64,000 nucleotides of DNA from contig JAHQWD010000002.1 in the NCBI GenBank assembly GCA_019634005.1, positions 30,969-94,968 of the forward strand, given 5' to 3'. The notes beneath the pieces were generated by a model. The model was not told where the DNA came from. It searched no databases and saw only the letters and a list, made by a program, of their open reading frames with translations. Positions 59,640-64,000 of this stretch are shown in pieces; positions within the stretch are counted from its first letter, which is position 1, and each line of letters begins with the position of its first letter. A program made the position numbers and the translations under genes. Origin of the DNA: Candidatus Kaiserbacteria bacterium. GTDB lineage: Bacteria > Patescibacteriota > Minisyncoccia > Phycocordibacterales > UBA918.

Positions 59640-60989
59640 ATGTTTAAGTCTCGAAACATCTTTACACAAAGTATAGTAAGCACACTCTTAATTTTTGTGC
59701 TTGTGTTGGCACCTCTCACACCAACTCTGCAAACAAAGAAGGCAGAGGCACTCTTTGGTGTTGGTGATACTTCAATCGTTATCGTAGACATTCCTCGCGT
59801 CGTCACCGAGATTGCCAACGGAATTGTCTACGCACTCGCGAAAGCGATCGTAAATCGTATCGTTGAGAGTACTATTCGATGGATCAACTCTGGATTTAGA
59901 GGAAGCCCTACTTTTATTCAAGATCTGGATGGATTCCTTCTTGAGACGCTGGATGTGACCGTCGGTGATTTCATATACGGAAGTGAACTTGGTTTCTTCT
60001 GTGAACCCTTCCAATTAAGTGTACGGACAGCGCTTGCCATTGATTACTATGGTACGGGGACTGAACGATATGCCTGTTCTCTCTCTGGTGTTGCAAATAA
60101 CATTGATAATTTCATAGGAGATGCTGGAGAGGAAGGATGGGCTCGTTGGTTTAACGTGACAACACAACGGCAGAATAACCAGTATGGTGCTCTTGCTCAG
60201 GCGAATGAAGACCTTGGTGTTGTTCTTACAAATGCAAGAGGAAGGGAACTCCAGCTCCTTGATTGGGGAGATGGATTCATTACAATTGAGAAATGTGAAA
60301 CTGGTGCAGATGGTGTCGAGCAGTGTTATAACACCACTCCTGGAAAACTTATCTCTGAACAGCTCATCAAAGCAGTTGGGGCAGGGCAGGACACCCTTAT
60401 AGCAGCTGACCAGATTAATGAGATTGTGGGAGCACTCTTGAGCCAACTTGCCATTCAAGTCATCTCTGGAGCAGCTGGTCTTCTTGGTCTCTCTGGAGGA
60501 GGATACACTGGCTACACGGGATCCCGATCATATCTTGACCAGCTTGCAGATGAAGGAGCAGAACTCACTGCCGCTGGTGAAAGAGGGGAGATGGAACTGA
60601 CAAAAACACAAGAAACACAGATACGTGATACGTATGTAGACGTGCAGAACCTTGTCACAGACACACAGAAAGAGGCAAAACGTCTTGTTGACGAGGAAGG
60701 TTGTATCGCTTCAACAGCAATTCCTCAAGAACTTAGTGATGCGTATGCTGAAGCAACGGAACAAATCCCTGTTGTTGCGGCAAACGTTGATGTCATCGAT
60801 GCACTTATTGCAAATTATGATGGTGGAGACACAGAAGAGGCATATGATTCATATCAGAGACTCGTTGATGCAGATGTGTTCTCAACATCAGCTGACGCAG
60901 TAAATGCTTCTTCACTCCTTAACAGTGCTATCACAGCAAGTACATCATTCCTTGAAGACATTGAGAGTAAGTGTGAGATATCAACATGA
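59640..60989 (+). CDS. exported hypothetical protein (T4SS-like locus)
   Basis: Signal peptide ending AEA; WINSGF.G.P and TTPG motifs; Cys pairs. Confidence 0.7.
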   Translation: MFKSRNIFTQSIVSTLLIFVLVLAPLTPTLQTKKAEALFGVGDTSIVIVDIPRVVTEIANGIVYALAKAIVNRIVESTIRWINSGFRGSPTFIQDLDGFLLETLDVTVGDFIYGSELGFFCEPFQLSVRTALAIDYYGTGTERYACSLSGVANNIDNFIGDAGEEGWARWFNVTTQRQNNQYGALAQANEDLGVVLTNARGRELQLLDWGDGFITIEKCETGADGVEQCYNTTPGKLISEQLIKAVGAGQDTLIAADQINEIVGALLSQLAIQVISGAAGLLGLSGGGYTGYTGSRSYLDQLADEGAELTAAGERGEMELTKTQETQIRDTYVDVQNLVTDTQKEAKRLVDEEGCIASTAIPQELSDAYAEATEQIPVVAANVDVIDALIANYDGGDTEEAYDSYQRLVDADVFSTSADAVNASSLLNSAITASTSFLEDIESKCEIST

Positions 60990-63082
60990 TGGGCATCATT
61001 CGAAATAATCGTATAGGTCATCTCTTCCTTTGTCTTTTTTTCTCTGCGTTCCTCATCAGTGCACCAATCGCAACCACTCTGGACACCCCTTCATACGCCT
61101 ACGCAAATGAGATTGACAAGGCAAACGCCCTCTCAAACAGTGATAGTCTTGGTATAGAGATGGGAGAATGGATTCTCTCGCTTGGAGCATACGTTGCGGG
61201 AATTGGTGGAGTACTACTTGATCTCTCAATCAAGAGTTTTGCCATAGATATGAAACAAACACTCTTTGGAGACCAAGAGAATCCACGGAGTCTTGGTGGT
61301 ACTATTCAAAACATGTGGACGGTAGTGCGCGACATCGCGAATATCGTCTTTATATTTGGTTTTTTATACATTGGAATAATGACTATATTCCGTCCTGACA
61401 GCTCTCGTGTGAAAGGGCTGCTTGCACAGCTCATCATCGCAGCACTTTTAATAAACTTCAGTCTTTTCTTTGTTCAAATTATTGTTGACATCTCCAGTCT
61501 CTTTGCAGGAGAAATACATAAATATATTCCTTCAGGAGAAGGAACTGACATCGGTCTTGAATATGCACATCTTATGGGACTCACTGGCCTCTACGGAGAC
61601 CTCCCACCAGAACAGTTACAAAAACTTACGGGAGGGGGTGCCTTTGCGTTCTTTGTCATCGGAACCATCTTCATGATGATTGCGGGATTTGTTATGGCTG
61701 CGGGAGCGGTGCTTCTTATCGTCCGCTTTGTTGCACTTGTTCTTTTCATGATCTTTTCACCCCTCCTGTTTGCTGCAGCTATCTTTATGGACATGAAAGA
61801 ATATTGGAAAAAGTTGATCAACTACGCACTCTTTGCCCCAGCATTTCTTTTTCTTCTCTATCTATCCTATAAAATCCTTGAAAATGCTCCATGGAATAAG
61901 ACAACGAGCTTTGCTGAGGTCTTGCTCGTCAGCAACCTCGAGAATACGGATGCATACTCTGTCATCTTGCAGTTTACCGTTGCGCTCTTCTTCCTTATTG
62001 CAGCACTTAAATCTGCAGACGCTTTAGGAATCATGGGAGGTAAGGCAGCCGTATCGGTAGGGAATCGTGTTCGTGGAGTAGTGCAGTCTTCAGCTCTTGC
62101 ACTTCCTCGCGGTATTGGATCCTGGACGGGTCGTACTGTTGTTGGCGGAGGAATGAATCAAATTCAGAAAGGATCTGAACGTATTCAGGCGCGAAATGGA
62201 GTGCTTGCAAAAAGCATACGTTTGACCGGTCTCGACCGAACAATTTCTCAAGCTGCTGATAAGGCCAATAAGAAGGAGTTCTTTGGGGGAACATCTCGTG
62301 CCAACGTGAAGAGTTATGAAAAGAAACGAGATGCAAAGAGTGTGAAACTTCGTGGCGCAATGAAGCTCAAAGATGCCATTGGAATCCCTGACACTCAAGA
62401 AAAACGAGATGCAGTTGGTGCAGCAGTGCTCAATCTAACAAAACAACAACTTGAAGAAGCGGGAGCAAAGACACTTAAGGATGCAGAAGTTATGCGAGTG
62501 CTCTCCAATAGCCAAATGGAGGCTATCCTTGGAAGTGATGAATTTAGTGATGAAACGAAAGCAGAGTTCAAAGAACTTCGTGGGGAAGCTATTGAGAAAC
62601 TACTCACCCAGGCAGCAGGTGCTAATGCGACCTTGCTGGACGGTATTGGAAAGGCAAGTATCTCACAACTTGAAGCTTTGGGTACCGAACGATTGAAAGC
62701 ACATGCAGCTGGGCTCTCTTCTGCGCAGTTAGATAAGATCAAGAGTAGTAAGCAGTTTACTGAAACGCAAGTGCAAGATATTACAACCGCCCGTGCACAG
62801 GGTCTCGTCGCACAATTTAAGATAGATCCAGACTCTGTCCTTGGAGGAAAGAAGGAGGAGGAAATTGCAAAGATGCCATTCGATGTCCTTAATGACGACA
62901 ATGCAATTAAGTACATAACGGGAGGGGTGCTCAAGACCATTGTTGACAAACAAACCCTCACCCCAAAACAGCGTAATGAACTTGCTCTACGAGTTACCCA
63001 CGGCCCATTACTATCTGAGATAGATCCGACGGTAGAAACATATCTAGATTCTCCACATGGACAATCTGCCTATAACCTTTAA
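60986..63082 (+). CDS. VirB6/TrbL-like polytopic membrane protein
   Basis: WTVVRDIANIVFIF, IIAALLINFSLF, RFVALV..IFSPL; many TM helices. Confidence 0.7.
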   Translation: MMGIIRNNRIGHLFLCLFFSAFLISAPIATTLDTPSYAYANEIDKANALSNSDSLGIEMGEWILSLGAYVAGIGGVLLDLSIKSFAIDMKQTLFGDQENPRSLGGTIQNMWTVVRDIANIVFIFGFLYIGIMTIFRPDSSRVKGLLAQLIIAALLINFSLFFVQIIVDISSLFAGEIHKYIPSGEGTDIGLEYAHLMGLTGLYGDLPPEQLQKLTGGGAFAFFVIGTIFMMIAGFVMAAGAVLLIVRFVALVLFMIFSPLLFAAAIFMDMKEYWKKLINYALFAPAFLFLLYLSYKILENAPWNKTTSFAEVLLVSNLENTDAYSVILQFTVALFFLIAALKSADALGIMGGKAAVSVGNRVRGVVQSSALALPRGIGSWTGRTVVGGGMNQIQKGSERIQARNGVLAKSIRLTGLDRTISQAADKANKKEFFGGTSRANVKSYEKKRDAKSVKLRGAMKLKDAIGIPDTQEKRDAVGAAVLNLTKQQLEEAGAKTLKDAEVMRVLSNSQMEAILGSDEFSDETKAEFKELRGEAIEKLLTQAAGANATLLDGIGKASISQLEALGTERLKAHAAGLSSAQLDKIKSSKQFTETQVQDITTARAQGLVAQFKIDPDSVLGGKKEEEIAKMPFDVLNDDNAIKYITGGVLKTIVDKQTLTPKQRNELALRVTHGPLLSEIDPTVETYLDSPHGQSAYNL

Positions 63083-63093
63083 TAACACTTCAT

Positions 63094-63618
63094 ATGGACT
63101 GGAACACCCGTTACAAAAAATACCTTGAGTCGCCGACACATATACAGGAGGCGTACAGTGGCTCAGAGACAGGGAAGCTGCTCCGCAGTACTGCTGAGGC
63201 ACATCACATTCCCGATAATGCGTACGCCCCATTTGCGCAACTTATTGGAGATGTCATCTTAGGAATATTGTCATTAGAAAGACTCCCTGTACAACTCCAG
63301 GAAGCAGTAGGAATCTCCCCGACAGACGCTGAGGGAGTTACTACCGCACTGAAGCCATTTATTACCGAGATGCATAAGACACCTCCTGCGCAACAAGAAG
63401 TAGCTGATCGAGAGGAAGATACGGTATCTAAACCCAATATAACTGAGTCTCCTATACTGCAGGCAACACGTACTATGGAGAAAGACATTGCAGAGGCGAC
63501 AGATAATGAAGCGCCACAGTGGCGTACCGTAGAAGATGCCGAGGACACAGTTGAATCACCTGAGACAGCAATCCCCAGCTACGCTAAACCGTTAACCGAC
63601 ACACCAAAGTACGAATAA
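63094..63618 (+). CDS. hypothetical protein
   Basis: 174 aa ORF between the VirB6-like gene and prgI. Confidence 0.7.
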   Translation: MDWNTRYKKYLESPTHIQEAYSGSETGKLLRSTAEAHHIPDNAYAPFAQLIGDVILGILSLERLPVQLQEAVGISPTDAEGVTTALKPFITEMHKTPPAQQEVADREEDTVSKPNITESPILQATRTMEKDIAEATDNEAPQWRTVEDAEDTVESPETAIPSYAKPLTDTPKYE

Positions 63619-63657
63619 TCCACCGTTGTTATTCTGTGAATGATGTACAATGAGGTC

Positions 63658-64000
63658 ATGCGATTTGAGGTGCCACAGTTCATAGAGATTGAGGATAAGA
63701 TCTTTGGGCCGCTTACGTGGCGTCAATTTGTATATCTTGCAGGTGGGGCAGCAGTTGTTGTTGTTACTTTTCTTGCCCTGCCACTCTTTATATTCCTACT
63801 TACTGGCGTTCCTATTGCTATCCTTGCTTTCTTCTTAGCATTCCACAAGATAAACAATAGACCATTCGTCTTTTTTCTCGAGTCTGCGATAAATTATTTC
63901 TTTGGAAATAAGCTCTATCTCTGGAGACGGAGGCACAAAGATGTCGTACATGCACAGACTGATACGCCTGTGTCGCCGAAAACGCAAGAGGTCCCAACAC
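63658..64000 (+). CDS. PrgI family (VirB3-like) protein, runs off the window edge
   Basis: Manual translation MRFEVPQFIEIEDKIFGPLTWRQF...TM...KINNRPF. Confidence 0.85.
   Translation, partial: MRFEVPQFIEIEDKIFGPLTWRQFVYLAGGAAVVVVTFLALPLFIFLLTGVPIAILAFFLAFHKINNRPFVFFLESAINYFFGNKLYLWRRRHKDVVHAQTDTPVSPKTQEVPT

Noticed and set aside
1-64000. Alternative genetic code 25 (TGA = Gly)
   Set aside because: Conserved genes are full length under code 11 and some end at TGA (pcrA, tpiA, rsmA)
1-64000. DGR reverse transcriptase, Avd or template repeat within the window
   Set aside because: No RT motifs among the ORFs and no second copy of the 13171-13300 region seen by eye

Overview
Chromosomal segment of a small-genome bacterium, most likely Patescibacteria/CPR (Parcubacteria-like); this is inferred from gene content and style, and genetic code 11 fits. 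The left third (minus strand) carries the str, S10 and spc ribosomal cluster (rpsL through rpsE). The cluster is cut into six transcription units, each with its own sigma70-type promoter and, where its end lies in the window, a terminator. Accessory genes sit at all five junctions: a metallopeptidase-dead ImmA/IrrE-like plus PIN pair, a DUF2335 pair, small membrane proteins, a probable remote target of a diversity-generating retroelement (DGR), alr, an outer-membrane-barrel-like protein, and a frameshifted Doc toxin. The middle holds split comEC, sod, rnhA, recJ, a DinJ/truncated YafQ pair, pgk, tpiA, a degenerate PilB, nusA, ppa, tig, clpP, a UmuC/UmuD'-like pair, HU, an ECF sigma with candidate anti-sigma, four tRNAs, a parS cluster with nearby DnaA-box-like motifs, and cca. 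The right end has xth, csp, rpsO, a NYN protein, DksA/TraR, LysM-M23, pcrA, rsmA and the start of a T4SS-like locus (VirB6-like, PrgI). All family assignments are from motif recognition by eye; no searches were run.
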